A stretch of 64,000 nt of DNA, from NCBI GenBank assembly GCA_964291285.2, contig OZ219785.1:640001-704000 (forward strand), written 5' to 3'. Within the stretch, counting starts at the first letter, position 1. Each line of letters begins with the position of its first letter. The stretch is from Alphaproteobacteria bacterium. GTDB taxonomy: Bacteria > Pseudomonadota > Alphaproteobacteria > Bin95. A program made the position numbers and the translations under genes. The notes under the pieces were generated by a model. The model was not told the origin of the DNA. It searched no databases and saw nothing but the letters and a program-made list of their open reading frames with translations. Positions 33,341-44,779 of the stretch are shown here, in pieces.

Positions 33341-34684
33341 TCAGGCTGCCTCCCGGCGGCCGTCGAGCCAGCGGTCGAGATCGGCGAGCGCGCGGGCCGC
33401 ATGCGCGCGCTTGCGTTCGCGGCCCCGGAACCGCGCGTCGAGCGGCGGGAAGAGGCCGAAATTGACATTCATGGGCTGGTAGGCCCCGGCGGCTTCTGGC
33501 CGCGGGCCGGTGACGTGGCCCAGCACGGCGCCGAGCGCCGTCGTCGCGGGCGGCGCGTCCGTCTCGCCCGCCGCGAAGCGCCCCGCCAGCAGGCCGATGG
33601 CCGCGCTCTCGACATAGCCCTCGACGCCGGTGATCTGGCCGGCGAAGCGCAAATGCGGGGCCGCCCTGAGCCGCAATTGCCCGTCCAGCAGCGCCGGCGC
33701 GTCGATGAAGCTGTTGCGGTGGATGCCGCCGAGCCTGGCGAAGCGCGCATTTTCGAGGCCCGGCACCATGCGGAAGACGCGCGCCTGTTCGGCGTGGCGC
33801 AGCTTGGTCTGGAAGCCGACGATGTTGTAGAGCGTGCCGAGCGCATTGTCCCGGCGGAGCTGCACGACGGCGTGGGGCCGCCGGCCGGTGCGCGGGTCGG
33901 TCAGGCCCACGGGCTTCATCGGTCCGAAGCGCAGCGTCTCAGGCCCGCGCGCCGCCATCACCTCGACCGGCAGGCAGCCCTCGAACCAGGGCGTGAGCGC
34001 CTCCCACTCCCTGAACTCGATCCGGTCCGCCTCCAGCAGCGCCGCCACGAAGGCCTCGTAGCCCGCCTCGTCGAGCGGGCAGTTGACGTAGTCGGCCCCG
34101 CTGCCCGCCGGCCCCGGCTTGTCGTAGCGGGACTGGAACCAGGCGGTGTCGAGATCGATGGAATCGGCATAGACGATGGGCGCGATGGCGTCGAAGAAGG
34201 CGAGCGCCTCGCGCCCCGTCAGTGCCCGGATCGCGTCCGCAAGCGCGCCGTCGGTGAGCGGCCCGGTGGCGACGATGGCGGAACCCGAGCCCGGCAGCCG
34301 GTCGATGCGCCGGCGCTCTATCGCGATGAGCGGCTCCGCTTCCAGGGCGGCGGTGACGGCGTCCGCGAAATCCTCGCGGTCCACGGCGAGCGCGCCGCCC
34401 GCGGGCAGCCGGGTGCGGTCGGCGCAGGCCATGACGAGCGAGTCCGCCCGGCGCATCTCCTCGTGCAGCAGGCCGACGGCGTTGTGCTCGGCATCGTCGG
34501 AGCGGAAGGAGTTGGAGCAGACCAGCTCGGCGAGCTTCTGCGTCTTGTGCGCCGGCGTCGGCGTTTCGGGGCGCATCTCGAAGAGCACCGAGCGCACGCC
34601 GCGCCGCGCGAGCTGCCAGCAGGCCTCCGCCCCGGCAAGCCCGCCGCCGATGACCGTGACCGGAGTGTCCGCGAGGAAAGCCAT
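33341..34684 (-). CDS. trmFO: FAD/folate tRNA m5U54 methyltransferase
   Basis: [19 protein letters not shown] and GQITGVEGY motifs. Confidence 0.96.
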   Translation of the reverse strand: MAFLADTPVTVIGGGLAGAEACWQLARRGVRSVLFEMRPETPTPAHKTQKLAELVCSNSFRSDDAEHNAVGLLHEEMRRADSLVMACADRTRLPAGGALAVDREDFADAVTAALEAEPLIAIERRRIDRLPGSGSAIVATGPLTDGALADAIRALTGREALAFFDAIAPIVYADSIDLDTAWFQSRYDKPGPAGSGADYVNCPLDEAGYEAFVAALLEADRIEFREWEALTPWFEGCLPVEVMAARGPETLRFGPMKPVGLTDPRTGRRPHAVVQLRRDNALGTLYNIVGFQTKLRHAEQARVFRMVPGLENARFARLGGIHRNSFIDAPALLDGQLRLRAAPHLRFAGQITGVEGYVESAAIGLLAGRFAAGETDAPPATTALGAVLGHVTGPRPEAAGAYQPMNVNFGLFPPLDARFRGRERKRAHAARALADLDRWLDGRREAA

Positions 34685-34818
34685 AAGGGCCTTATACCCC
34701 GGCCCCGCCTCCCCCCGCCAGCGGGCCGATGCAGTCCTGTCGAAGGCCGTTGATCCTTGTATGACAGCCAAAAGCAAGGCATAATGGAAAATGTAAGGAA
34801 ACGAAGGGACCAGCTTCG

Positions 34819-35049
34819 GTGGAGTCCGCCGTCACATCCAAAGGGCAGACGACATTGCCCAAGGCCGTAAGGACCGCCCTCGGCGTCAAGCCGGGAGACC
34901 GCATCCGGTATGTGGTGCTCGAGGACGGCGTGAAAATTCTTCCCCTGCGGCCGGTCGCCCGGCTGTTCGGCGCGTTCGGCCATGACGGCCCGCCGGCGAG
35001 CCTCGATGACATGGAACGGGCCGTCGCCGAGGGAGCCGGCGAGGAGTGA
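34819..35049 (+). CDS. AbrB/MazE-type antitoxin
   Basis: [16 protein letters not shown] motif. Confidence 0.88.
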   Translation: MESAVTSKGQTTLPKAVRTALGVKPGDRIRYVVLEDGVKILPLRPVARLFGAFGHDGPPASLDDMERAVAEGAGEE

Positions 35050-35444
35050 TCGCGCTCGACACCAACGTGCTGGTGCGCTTCCTCGTGAACGACCACCCGG
35101 CGCAGGCCGAGGCGGCCCGGTCGCTGTTGTCCGAACTGACGGAGCGGGACCCCGGCTTCATATGCCGGGAGGTGGCCGTCGAACTCGTCTGGGTCCTGGA
35201 GCGGGCCTACGGATTCTCCCGCGAGCGCATCGCAACCGTGCTGGAATCGCTGGCCGCAACCGCGGAACTGGAGGTCGAGGCCGTGGACGATGTCGTCCGC
35301 GCCGCATCGCGCTACCGCCAGGGCGGCGCCGGCTTTTCCGACCTGATGATCGCGGCCGCCGCAAGGCGGCGCGGCGCGTCCACGCTCTACACGTTCGACC
35401 GGCAGGCCGCCCGGCTCGAAGGCGCGGCGCTGCTCGCCGGCTGA
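35046..35444 (+). CDS. VapC PIN-domain toxin
   Basis: DTNVLVR, FSD and TFD motifs; GTGA overlap with antitoxin. Confidence 0.9.
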   Translation: MIALDTNVLVRFLVNDHPAQAEAARSLLSELTERDPGFICREVAVELVWVLERAYGFSRERIATVLESLAATAELEVEAVDDVVRAASRYRQGGAGFSDLMIAAAARRRGASTLYTFDRQAARLEGAALLAG

Positions 35445-35460
35445 GACGCCGCCCTTCTCC

Positions 35461-37152
35461 TCACGGCAGCCGGTCGCCGTCCTCGTAGCCCTGCCAGGCG
35501 CTGATCTGGAGGGGCGAGGCGCGCACATGCAGCACGACCGGGCGCGAGCGCACCGCGAAGGCCTGCGCGACCGCATCCGCCACCTGCGATTCCGCCTCGA
35601 TGGTGATGCCCTCCGCGCCGAACGAGCGCGCCCAGGCGGCGAAGTCGGGGTTGGTGAGGCGCGTGCCCGCCATGAAGGGGCGGCCGGGATAGCGCATGTG
35701 GCTGTGCATGCCGATGGTGCCGTACATGCCGTTGTCGGCGATCACGGCGATCGGGCAGGCGCCGTACTGGCAGGCGGTGGCAAGCTCGTTGCCCATCATC
35801 AGCGCGCCGCCGTCGCCCATGAAGGCGACGACCTGCGTGCCCGGCCGGCGGATCGCGGCGGCAACCGCCATCGGCATGCCGGAGCCCATCGCGCCCACCA
35901 CCGAGGCCAGGAACACCTGCCCCTGCCGGAAGCCGATATGGCGGTGCAGGAAGGTCGCGAAATTGCCGGCGTCCGAGGTGACCGTGGCGTCGGGGGCCAG
36001 ATGCTTGCCGATCTCCGCGACGACGGCCGAGAAGTTCACCCCGTCGTCGCGCGGTTCCCAGGGCCGCTCCAGCAGGCGGCGGTGGGTGCTGTGCAGCCCG
36101 TCGATCCAGCCGCGCCGGCGCGCGCCGTCGGCGGGCACGGGCCGGGCAAGCAGCGCCTTCACCACCTCGTGCGGGCTCGCGGCGATGCCGAGCGCCGGGC
36201 GCCACACGCGCCCGATCTCGTTCGGGTCCGGCCAGATGTGGACCAGCGGCAATTGCGGCTCCGGCGCGGTCGGGAAGGTGTAGGACTGGCTGACGCTGTC
36301 GGTCAGCCGCTCGCCGAGCGCGATCATCAGGTCCGACCGCTTCATCTCGTCCAGCAGCTCCTTCGGCACCCTGATGCCCATATAGCCGCCGTGATTCGGG
36401 TGGTCGTAGTCGAAGAGCTGCGGCCGGCGGTGGGTCGGCACGACCGGCAGCACCCAGCTTTCCGAGAGGCGCACGAGGTCGCCGAACAGCGCCGGGTCGC
36501 GCACCGCGTCCGCCATTGCGCCGCCGCCGGCCAGCAGCAGCGGACGCTCTGCCGCCTCGATCATGGCGATGAGCGCGTCCACGTCATCGGGCCGGGGCGC
36601 GGGAATCGGGCGCGGGCGCGGCGGCGCGAGCGCCGCGTCCGTCTCCTCGTCGAAAATGTCCTCCGGCAGGATGACCGCCACCGGACCCGGCGTGCCGGAC
36701 TCGGCGAGGTGGAAGGCGCGCGCCATCGCCTCCGACGCCTGCTCCGGCTCGCCCACCTCGATCACCTCCTTGGAGATGTCGGAGAGCAGGCGCGAATAGT
36801 TCTGCTCCTGGAGCGCGAGGCGGCCCATGTCGCGCCGCTCGACCTGTCCGATCAGCATCACCAGCGGCGTCGCGTCGTGAAACGCGGTGTGCATGGCGAC
36901 CAGCCCGTTGGCGAGGCCGGGGCCGCGCGAGACCATGGCGACGCCCGCCCGGTCGCGCATCCGCCCGTCGGCGGCGGCCATGAAGCCCGCGCCCGCCTCG
37001 TGCCGGCAGACCGCCACCTGGATCGAGTTGCGCTCGACCATGGTGCTGGTCAGGCCGATATAGCTCTCGCCGGGCACGCACCAGACGCGGTCCACATCGT
37101 GCGCCTCCAGGCTCTCGACCAGCAGGCGGGCGACGGTTCTGTTCTCCGGCAT
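35461..37152 (-). CDS. Thiamine-diphosphate-binding enzyme (acetolactate synthase-like)
   Basis: VPGESY, RHE.GA and GDGG...N motifs. Confidence 0.9.
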   Translation of the reverse strand: MPENRTVARLLVESLEAHDVDRVWCVPGESYIGLTSTMVERNSIQVAVCRHEAGAGFMAAADGRMRDRAGVAMVSRGPGLANGLVAMHTAFHDATPLVMLIGQVERRDMGRLALQEQNYSRLLSDISKEVIEVGEPEQASEAMARAFHLAESGTPGPVAVILPEDIFDEETDAALAPPRPRPIPAPRPDDVDALIAMIEAAERPLLLAGGGAMADAVRDPALFGDLVRLSESWVLPVVPTHRRPQLFDYDHPNHGGYMGIRVPKELLDEMKRSDLMIALGERLTDSVSQSYTFPTAPEPQLPLVHIWPDPNEIGRVWRPALGIAASPHEVVKALLARPVPADGARRRGWIDGLHSTHRRLLERPWEPRDDGVNFSAVVAEIGKHLAPDATVTSDAGNFATFLHRHIGFRQGQVFLASVVGAMGSGMPMAVAAAIRRPGTQVVAFMGDGGALMMGNELATACQYGACPIAVIADNGMYGTIGMHSHMRYPGRPFMAGTRLTNPDFAAWARSFGAEGITIEAESQVADAVAQAFAVRSRPVVLHVRASPLQISAWQGYEDGDRLP

Positions 37153-37306
37153 GGGCTTGGCAGTCCTCTTCTCCGAAATTCCGGGCGCGACCCTAGCCGC
37201 GTTCACCCGGCCTGCAAATGCGGCGGATTGCGGGGCCGGCGGCGGCCAATTCCACCGGGTGAGAAATCCCTATAGGTTCCGCGCTGTCGAAGAGGGGTAG
37301 GGCGCC

Positions 37307-38488
37307 ATGGGCGAATTCACGATCAGGGGCAAGGTGGCGGTCGCCGGCGTCGGCGAGACGACCTACTGGAAGCACAGCCGGAGTCCTCACGCCGAGTTCA
37401 AGCTCGCATTGATGGCGATCCTGGCAGCGGCCGAGGACGCCGGCATCGACCCGGCGGAGATCGACGGCTTCGCCTCCTATTCCAACGACCGCAACGACCC
37501 CTCGCGCATCGCCGCCGCGCTCGGCTGCCGGGAGCTCGCCTTCTCCAACATGCAGTGGGGCGGCGGCGGGGGCGGCGGCTCCGCGGCCATCGCCAATGCA
37601 GCCGCGGCCATCGCCTGCGGCTACGCGCGCTGCGTGGTCGTGTTCCGCGCGCTCGCCCAGGGGCAGTTCCAGCGCTTCGGGCAGGCGGCGGCAGGCGGCG
37701 CGGCGGGCGGCCACGACGCCTTCACCGTGCCCTACGGCGTCATGTCGCCGGCGCAGAAATACGCCATGCGCTACCAGCGCTTCGCCCATGAGCACGGCAT
37801 CGAGCGCCCGGCGCTGCGGGCGATCTCCATGGCCTCCTACCACCACGCCCAGCAGAACCCGCGCGCGGTGATGTACGGCCGGCCGCTGACCGAGGAGGAC
37901 TATGACGCCTCGCGCTGGATCGCCGAGCCGTTCCGCCTGTTCGACTGCTGCCAGGAGAATGACGGCGCGGCGGCCATCCTGCTGGTGGCGGCCGAGCGCG
38001 CCCGCGACCTGCCGCACAGGCCCTGCTACCTGCTGGGCGCGGCCGCCGGCTCCGAATACCGCAACGGCGCGCCGGTCCACAACGCGCCGCTCTACGGCAC
38101 GTCGAGCTTCACCACCGTCGCCCCGCGCGCCTTCGCCATGGCGGGGATCGGGGCGGCGGACGTCGATGTCGCGCAGTCCTACGAGAACTTCACCGGCGGG
38201 GTGCTGATGAGCCTGGTCGAGCACGGCTTCTTCGCGCCCGACGAGGCCAACGACTTCCTCACCCTCGACAATCTGCGCGCCGACGGCGGCCGTTTGCCGC
38301 TCAACACAAGCGGCGGCAACCTCGCCGAGTGCTACATGCACGGGCTGGAGCTGAACATCGAGGCCGTGCGCCAGGTCCGCGGCCAGTCTCCCAACCAGGT
38401 GGAGGGCGCGGAAATCTCGGTCGTCGGCTCCGGGCCGATGGTGACGCCGGTGAGCAGTTCCGTATTCGGAGCGGAGGCGGCGCTGTGA
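37307..38488 (+). CDS. SCP2-type thiolase family protein
   Basis: DCCQENDG, YENF and NTSGGNL..Y.HG motifs. Confidence 0.88.
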   Translation: MGEFTIRGKVAVAGVGETTYWKHSRSPHAEFKLALMAILAAAEDAGIDPAEIDGFASYSNDRNDPSRIAAALGCRELAFSNMQWGGGGGGGSAAIANAAAAIACGYARCVVVFRALAQGQFQRFGQAAAGGAAGGHDAFTVPYGVMSPAQKYAMRYQRFAHEHGIERPALRAISMASYHHAQQNPRAVMYGRPLTEEDYDASRWIAEPFRLFDCCQENDGAAAILLVAAERARDLPHRPCYLLGAAAGSEYRNGAPVHNAPLYGTSSFTTVAPRAFAMAGIGAADVDVAQSYENFTGGVLMSLVEHGFFAPDEANDFLTLDNLRADGGRLPLNTSGGNLAECYMHGLELNIEAVRQVRGQSPNQVEGAEISVVGSGPMVTPVSSSVFGAEAAL

Positions 38489-38913
38489 GCTACCTGCCGG
38501 AAGGGATGCCGCACCCGGTCGCGGACGAGTTGACCGGGCCCTATTGGGAGGCGGCGCGCGAGGAGCGGCTGCTGGTGCAGCGCTGCAACGCCTGCGGGGC
38601 CTGGCAATGGGGGCCGGAATGGTGCTGCCACGCCTGCCGGTCCTTCGATGTCGGCTGGGTGGAGGTCACGCCCCGGGGCCGCATCTATTCCTGGGAGCGC
38701 AACCACCATCCCGTGCATCCGGCGCTCAGGGGCCGGGACCCCTATATCGTCGTGCTGGTGGAACTGCCGGAGGCCGGCAATGTGCGCATGGTCGGCAATC
38801 TCCTCGGCGACCCCATGCAGGAGGTCCGCATCGGCGCCGAGGTCGAAGCCGTCTTCGAGCATCACGAGGACGCCGACCCGCCCTATACGCTCGTCCAGTG
38901 GCGGGTTGTCTGA
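38485..38913 (+). CDS. DUF35 Zn-ribbon/OB-fold partner
   Basis: CNAC...CHAC and GRIYSW motifs; coupled to thiolase. Confidence 0.88.
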   Translation: MSYLPEGMPHPVADELTGPYWEAAREERLLVQRCNACGAWQWGPEWCCHACRSFDVGWVEVTPRGRIYSWERNHHPVHPALRGRDPYIVVLVELPEAGNVRMVGNLLGDPMQEVRIGAEVEAVFEHHEDADPPYTLVQWRVV

Positions 38914-38968
38914 GGGAAGGCCCCGGCTGCCTTAGCTTCGAGGCTTCGGCGTTCCACTCCCCGCCCGG

Positions 38969-39628
38969 TCACTCCGGCTCCTCGACCTCCGGCGTTTCCT
39001 CGCTCGCCGACGCAGCCTCCTTCTCCGCAGCCAGCGCCTTCGCCACCCCGACCATTGCGGGCCTCAGCAGGCGGTCGTGGAGGAGGTAACCGTCCTGGAC
39101 GACCTGGACGACCGTGCCGGGCTCGGCGTCCGCGGTCTCCACCTCGAACATCGCCTGGTGGCGGTTGTGGTCGAAGCGTTCGCCCTCAGCCTCGATGCGC
39201 GCGATATGGTGGCGGGCAAAGGCAGCGCCGAGCTCGCGCTCCACCATCTCGACGCCTTCCATCAGCCCCTCGCCGCCGCCGCTCTCGAGCGCCCGGCGCA
39301 GATTGTCGGCGACACCCAGCAGATCGCGCGCAAGCCCCGTTGCGCCGTAGCGGGACGCCTCGCCGCGCTCGCGCTCGCTGCGCCGGCGCAAGTTCTCGAC
39401 CTCGGCGAGCGCCCGCAGCCGTTCGTCCCTGAGCGCCTGTGCTTCCGCCTCCAATTCGGCGATGCGCGCCGCCTGCTCGGCAAGCGGATCGACCTCTTCC
39501 GGACCGGCAGCCTCGGCCTCGGCGTCCGTTTCGGGCGCGCCGTCGCCGGCGGCGGCTTCCGCCTCCGCTACCGGCGGCGCCACCTCCTCCGGTTCGGGTT
39601 TCGGTTCCTCGTCCACCATTGCTCTCAC
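38969..39628 (-). CDS. grpE: Nucleotide exchange factor GrpE
   Basis: RALAEVENLRRR, FDH..HQA and GY.L.DRLLRPAMV motifs. Confidence 0.95.
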   Translation of the reverse strand: MRAMVDEEPKPEPEEVAPPVAEAEAAAGDGAPETDAEAEAAGPEEVDPLAEQAARIAELEAEAQALRDERLRALAEVENLRRRSERERGEASRYGATGLARDLLGVADNLRRALESGGGEGLMEGVEMVERELGAAFARHHIARIEAEGERFDHNRHQAMFEVETADAEPGTVVQVVQDGYLLHDRLLRPAMVGVAKALAAEKEAASASEETPEVEEPE

Positions 39629-40692
39629 CCTCTCTCCGGAGCCAGCATGCGTTCGATCACCCGCGCCGTATAGTCCACCATCGGCACGATCCGGGCATAA
39701 TTGAGCCGGGTCGGCCCCAGCACGCCGATGGCGCCCACGACACGCTCCTGCCCGTCGCGATAGGGGCTGACCACCATCGACATGCCCGTCTGGCTGAACA
39801 CCGTGTTCTCCGCCCCGATGAAGATCTGCACCCCCTCGCCCGTCCGGGCCGCCTCCACCAGGCGCAGGATGTTCTCGCGCGTCTCAAGCGCATCGAACAG
39901 GCCGCGCAGCCGCTCCAGGTCCTCGACCGCATGCACATCGTCGAGGAGCCGCGCGCGCCCGGTCACGATCAGCCGTCCGCCGTCATGGCTGCGCTCGCCG
40001 GCCCAGACCGCGAGCCCGGCCTCGACCACGCTCTGCGCGAGCGCATCGATCTGCGCCCGGTGCGTTTCCAGATCGGCGCGGATTTCCTCCAGCGCCTCCT
40101 CCAGCGTGCGTCCGGAGAGCCGGGACTGGAGATAGTTGGCGGCGCGCTGCAGCGCATCCGCCGGCAGGCCCGGCGGCAGGGTGAGCACCCGGTTCTCCAC
40201 CTGGCCGGCCTCGTCCACCAGCACGGCCAGCGCGCGTCCCTCGCCCAGGTTGACGAACTCGATATGGTTCAGCCGCTCGGCCCGCTTCGGCGCCACCACC
40301 AAGCCGGCATGGCGCGTGAGTCCCGCCAGCAGGCGGCTCGCGCGCTCGAGACTCTGCTCAAGCGTGATACCCGCCCCGGCCGAAAGCGCCTCGATATCGG
40401 CGCACTCGCTCTCCGTCAGTCCGCCCGTTTGCATGATGCCGTCCACGAAGAGGCGCAGGCCTCCATCGGTCGGCAGCCGCCCGGCTGAGGCATGCGGCGA
40501 GAACAGGAGGCCCAGCTCCTGGAGGTCCGCCATCACATTGCGGATCGTCGCCGGCGAGAGCGGCCTGCCGAGCTTGCGCGCGAGCGTGCGCGAGCCGACC
40601 GGCTCGCCCGTCTCCATCCAGGCATCCACGATCAGCCCGAAGACTTCGCGCGAGCGTTCGTCGAGATCGGCAAGTCCCGGGGAGCCGGCCAT
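39625..40692 (-). CDS. hrcA: Heat-inducible repressor HrcA
   Basis: PVGSR, SPATIRN.M, PHASAGR.PT and GPTRLNY motifs. Confidence 0.96.
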   Translation of the reverse strand: MAGSPGLADLDERSREVFGLIVDAWMETGEPVGSRTLARKLGRPLSPATIRNVMADLQELGLLFSPHASAGRLPTDGGLRLFVDGIMQTGGLTESECADIEALSAGAGITLEQSLERASRLLAGLTRHAGLVVAPKRAERLNHIEFVNLGEGRALAVLVDEAGQVENRVLTLPPGLPADALQRAANYLQSRLSGRTLEEALEEIRADLETHRAQIDALAQSVVEAGLAVWAGERSHDGGRLIVTGRARLLDDVHAVEDLERLRGLFDALETRENILRLVEAARTGEGVQIFIGAENTVFSQTGMSMVVSPYRDGQERVVGAIGVLGPTRLNYARIVPMVDYTARVIERMLAPERG

Positions 40693-40789
40693 GCAACAAA
40701 GACTCTTCCAAGGGGCGCTGCGAGCATTTAGGAACCCGGCGGGCAGGCGTCAACCGGGCGTCCGGCCCGAAGGAGCGAGCAGCGAAGCC

Positions 40790-41518
40790 ATGACAGACCC
40801 CGTCCGCCCGTCCGGACGCCGCCCCGACGAACTCCGCGCCGTCCTGCTGGAGCCCGGCTGGGCGCCTTATGCGGAAGGCTCCTGCCTCGCGAGCTTCGGG
40901 GCGACGCGCGTCCTCGCCGCCGCCTCGGTCGAAACGCGCGTGCCGCCCTGGCTGCGCGGGCGCGGGCGCGGCTGGATTACGGCCGAATACGGCATGCTGC
41001 CCCGTTCCACGCATGAGCGGACCGACCGCGAGGCAGCGCGCGGGCGCCAGAGCGGCCGCACGCAGGAAATCCAGCGCCTGATCGGCCGTTCGCTGCGCGC
41101 CGTCGCCGATCTGGGAGCGCTCGGCGAAATCCAGATCCGCATCGACTGCGATGTGCTGCAGGCGGACGGCGGCACCCGCACCGCAGCCGTCACCGGCGGC
41201 TATGTGGCGCTCGCGCTCGCCTGCCGGCACCTGCAGCGGATCGGCGCGGTGAAGAAGCCGGTGCTCGCGGACTCGGTCGCCGCCATTTCCTGCGGGCTCT
41301 GGCGCGGCCAGCCGGTTCTCGACCTCGACTATGCCGAGGACAGCGATGCCGAAGCGGACGCGAATTTCGTGCTGACCGGCTCCGGCGCTCTGGTCGAGGT
41401 GCAGGCGACGGCGGAGAAGACGGCCTTTCCCCGCGCCCGGCTGGACGCCCTGCTCGATCTCGCCGAGGCCGGATGCGCCCGGCTCGCGGAGGCGCAGCAG
41501 CGCGCGCTCGCCCCGTGA
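40790..41518 (+). CDS. rph: Ribonuclease PH
   Basis: [22 protein letters not shown] and QADGGTR motifs. Confidence 0.97.
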   Translation: MTDPVRPSGRRPDELRAVLLEPGWAPYAEGSCLASFGATRVLAAASVETRVPPWLRGRGRGWITAEYGMLPRSTHERTDREAARGRQSGRTQEIQRLIGRSLRAVADLGALGEIQIRIDCDVLQADGGTRTAAVTGGYVALALACRHLQRIGAVKKPVLADSVAAISCGLWRGQPVLDLDYAEDSDAEADANFVLTGSGALVEVQATAEKTAFPRARLDALLDLAEAGCARLAEAQQRALAP

Positions 41519-42105
41519 CCCGGCGGCTCGGCGTCAGGCGGCTCGTCATTGCCAGCCACAATGCCGGCAAGGTTCGTGAAATCTCCGAACTGCTGGAGCC
41601 GCACGGCATCGAGGGCGTGCCGGCCGCCGCGCTCGGCCTGCCGGAGCCGGAGGAAACGGGCGACACCTTCCTCGCCAATGCGGAACTCAAGGCGCGCGCG
41701 GCGACAGGTGCCGGCCTGCCGGCGCTTGCGGACGATTCGGGCCTTGCCGTCGCCGCGCTCGGCGGCGCGCCCGGCATCTATTCCGCCCGATGGGCCGGGC
41801 CCGACCGGGATTTCGCGCACGCCATGGCGAAGGTCCATGACCGGCTTGGCGACCGCCCGCGCGCGGCCGCCTTCGTCGCGGCTCTGGCGCTGGCCTGGCC
41901 GGATGGGCATGTCGAGGCCTTCGAGGGCCGGGTGGAGGGCCGGCTGGTCTGGCCGCCGCGCGGGGACCGGGGCTTCGGCTACGACCCGGTCTTCGTGCCG
42001 GACGGCCATGACGAGACCTTCGGCGAAATGGCCCCGGAAGCGAAGGCGCGCATCACCCACCGCGCCCTGGCCTTCGAGAAGCTGGCCGCGGCCTGCTTCC
42101 CATGA
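41515..42105 (+). CDS. rdgB: Non-canonical purine NTP pyrophosphatase
   Basis: [18 protein letters not shown] and FGYDP motifs. Confidence 0.95.
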   Translation: MTRRLGVRRLVIASHNAGKVREISELLEPHGIEGVPAAALGLPEPEETGDTFLANAELKARAATGAGLPALADDSGLAVAALGGAPGIYSARWAGPDRDFAHAMAKVHDRLGDRPRAAAFVAALALAWPDGHVEAFEGRVEGRLVWPPRGDRGFGYDPVFVPDGHDETFGEMAPEAKARITHRALAFEKLAAACFP

Positions 42106-43232
42106 CGGACCGGGGCTTCGCCGTCTATGTGCATTGGCCGTTCTGCGAGTCCAGATGCCCCTATTGCGACTTCAACAGCCATGTGCGCGAGACCGTGGAC
42201 CAGGCCGCCTGGCGCGCCGCCCTGCTGGGCTCGCTGGAAAGCTGGGCGGAAGAAACACCGGGGCGCACGGTCGGGAGCGTCTTCTTCGGCGGCGGCACGC
42301 CCTCGCTGATGGACCCGGAGACCGCGGGCGCGGTGCTGGAGCGGGTGCGCGCGCTCTGGCCGGCCGCGGACGATCTGGAGGTCACGCTCGAAGCCAATCC
42401 CGGCTCGGTCGAGGCCGGGCGTTTCCGCGCCTTCGCCGGGGCCGGCGTCAACCGGCTCTCGCTCGGGGTGCAGTCTTTCCGGGACGGTGAGCTGGCCTTT
42501 CTCGGCCGCCGCCACGACGCGCGCGCCGCCCGCGCCGCGCTCGAACTGGCGCACCGCACCTTCCCGCGCGTTTCCTTCGACCTCATCTATGCGCTGCCGG
42601 GCCACACCGCCGCCGGGTGGGCCGCCCGCCTGGACGAGGCGCTCGCGCTCGCGGGCGAGCATCTCTCGCTCTACCAGCTGACCATCGAGCCCGGCACGGC
42701 GTTTGCGCCGCGCGCTGCGAGGGGCGAATTCCACGTCCCCGGCGAAGACGAGGCGGCGGCGCTCTACGAGACCACGCAGGAGCGCCTCGCCGCCGCCGGC
42801 CTGCCGGCCTATGAAATTTCGAACCACGCCCGGCCCGGCGCCGCCTGCCGGCACAACCTTGTCTATTGGCGGGGCGGGGAGTGGGTCGGCGTCGGGCCGG
42901 GCGCGCACGGCCGCATCGACACGGGCGAAGGGCGCGTCGCGACCGCCGTGCGCCGCGCCCCGGAGGCGTGGCTCGCGGAGGCCGCAGGCAATGGCCGCGC
43001 CGTCAGGGAACGCCGCCTGCTCGAACCGCCGGAGGCCATGCAGGAGCGCGTCCAGACCGGCCTCCGGCTGGCGGAAGGCATCCCCGTCGAGGGGCTGGAG
43101 CCGGTCGTCGACGCAGACCGGCTCGCGCATTTGCGGGCCGAAGGGCTGCTCTCGGCGCGGACGGACCGCCTCCGGGCGACTCCAGCCGGGCGGCAGCGGC
43201 TCGATGCGGTGGTCCGCTACCTGCTCATCTGA
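42102..43232 (+). CDS. hemW: Radical SAM heme chaperone
   Basis: HWPFC...CPYCDF, GGGTPS and YEISN..HN..YW motifs. Confidence 0.93.
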   Translation: MTDRGFAVYVHWPFCESRCPYCDFNSHVRETVDQAAWRAALLGSLESWAEETPGRTVGSVFFGGGTPSLMDPETAGAVLERVRALWPAADDLEVTLEANPGSVEAGRFRAFAGAGVNRLSLGVQSFRDGELAFLGRRHDARAARAALELAHRTFPRVSFDLIYALPGHTAAGWAARLDEALALAGEHLSLYQLTIEPGTAFAPRAARGEFHVPGEDEAAALYETTQERLAAAGLPAYEISNHARPGAACRHNLVYWRGGEWVGVGPGAHGRIDTGEGRVATAVRRAPEAWLAEAAGNGRAVRERRLLEPPEAMQERVQTGLRLAEGIPVEGLEPVVDADRLAHLRAEGLLSARTDRLRATPAGRQRLDAVVRYLLI

Positions 43233-43247
43233 GACGGGCGCCGCCCC

Positions 43248-44675
43248 TCAGGCAAAGCGCATCAGGAAGCGGACCAGGCGGCGGGTCCGGGGTCCGAACA
43301 GCGTATCGGTGTAGTAACTGCCGGCGGCGCGTTTCGACACCTCGCCGAGCGTCGGATAGGGCGCGATCATGCCCGCCAGCGCCCCGATGCGGAGCCTCTG
43401 CGAGACCGCCAGCACCCAAGGCTGGATCAGTTCGCCCGCATGGGGGCCGACAATGGTGGCGCCGAGCACCCGGCCGCCCGGTCCGACCATCGCCTTGACG
43501 AAGCCCTCGGTGTCGCGCTCCGCCCTGGCGCGGTCGTTTTCAGCGAATTCCTGGCGCAGCACGCGCGCCTTCTTTCCGAGGGCATTCTTCGCCATCGCCT
43601 CGGTCATGCCGACATGGGCGAGTTCGGGATCGGTATAGGTCACCCACGGTGCGGCGGTCGTGTTCGCCCTGGCGGGCAGGCGGAAGAGCGCATTGCGGAT
43701 CGCGATGCCGGCATGGTAGCCGGCCACATGGGTGAAACGCAGCCCGCCCGCCACATCGCCGACCGCCAGCACGCGCTTGTCCGAAGCACGCAGCCGGCCG
43801 TCCACCGTCACACCCTCGGGCGTCCAGGCGATGCCCCCGGCGTCGAGGTCGAGGCCCTCCAGGTCCGGCTGGCGGCCGGCCGCGACCAGCAGGTGGGTGC
43901 CCTCGACCCTGTCCTGCCGGCCCCCCGCCTCGAAATGCAGGGCTACGGCTCCGGGTCCGCCCGAGGCCTCGATCACTTCCGCATGTTCATGGAGCCGCAC
44001 GCCCTCCCCGACGAGGCGTGCGCGGATAAGTGCGGCGGCATCGCCGTCGTCGCGCGGCAGGATCGGTCCGCGCTGCACTACCGTTACCTCCGCGCCGAGC
44101 CGGCGGTGCGCCTGGGCAAGCTCGATGCCGACCGGGCCGCCGCCGAGCACCAGCAGATGCCCCGGCGTCTCCTCCAGGTCGAAGATCGTCTCGTTGGTGA
44201 GGAACGGCAGTCCGTCCAGACCGGGGATCGGCGGCACGATCGGCACCGAGCCGGTCGCCAGCACGATCCAGCGGGCCTTCACGCGGACGCCGCCGCCTTC
44301 GAGGAGCCTCTTTCCGACGAACCGGGCGGGCGCCTCGACCACCCGCACGCCCAGCCCTTCGAAGCGTTCGACGCTGTCATGCGGCGCGATGGCGGCGATG
44401 ACCCCCTGCACATGGCGACGGAGCGCGGCCGGATCGACCTTCGGCGTCTCCGGCGCGATGCCGAAGCGGCCCGCATTGCGCAGCGCCGAGGCGGCGTGGG
44501 CGGCGGCGATGGTGGCCTTGGACGGCACGCAGCCATAGTTCAGGCAGTCGCCGCCCATGCGGCCTTTCTCGAACAGCAGCACCGAGGCGCCCATCTGCGC
44601 GGCGCCCGCGGCCACGGAGAGCCCGCCGGAGCCGCCGCCGACCACCGCGATATCGACCCGGACCGTTTCCGCCAT
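43248..44675 (-). CDS. Pyridine nucleotide-disulfide oxidoreductase (MerA/LpdA-like)
   Basis: GGDCLNYGCVPSK, GGGPVG.E and YPT motifs; lacks the MerA C-terminal CC. Confidence 0.9.
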   Translation of the reverse strand: MAETVRVDIAVVGGGSGGLSVAAGAAQMGASVLLFEKGRMGGDCLNYGCVPSKATIAAAHAASALRNAGRFGIAPETPKVDPAALRRHVQGVIAAIAPHDSVERFEGLGVRVVEAPARFVGKRLLEGGGVRVKARWIVLATGSVPIVPPIPGLDGLPFLTNETIFDLEETPGHLLVLGGGPVGIELAQAHRRLGAEVTVVQRGPILPRDDGDAAALIRARLVGEGVRLHEHAEVIEASGGPGAVALHFEAGGRQDRVEGTHLLVAAGRQPDLEGLDLDAGGIAWTPEGVTVDGRLRASDKRVLAVGDVAGGLRFTHVAGYHAGIAIRNALFRLPARANTTAAPWVTYTDPELAHVGMTEAMAKNALGKKARVLRQEFAENDRARAERDTEGFVKAMVGPGGRVLGATIVGPHAGELIQPWVLAVSQRLRIGALAGMIAPYPTLGEVSKRAAGSYYTDTLFGPRTRRLVRFLMRFA

Positions 44676-44779
44676 CCGCCCGTCTCCCTGCCGCCCGATA
44701 TGCCGGACCGTTTCATGCTTGGCTTCCTTTCGGCAACTCCGGATACTTTATGTAGGTACTCTAAGCTCGACTTTGTGCA

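Noticed and set aside
40692-40790. CIRCE operator upstream of hrcA
   Set aside because: No TTAGCACTC-N9-GAGTGCTAA match
43248-44675. Mercuric reductase merA
   Set aside because: No C-terminal Cys pair, no NmerA domain and no mer genes nearby
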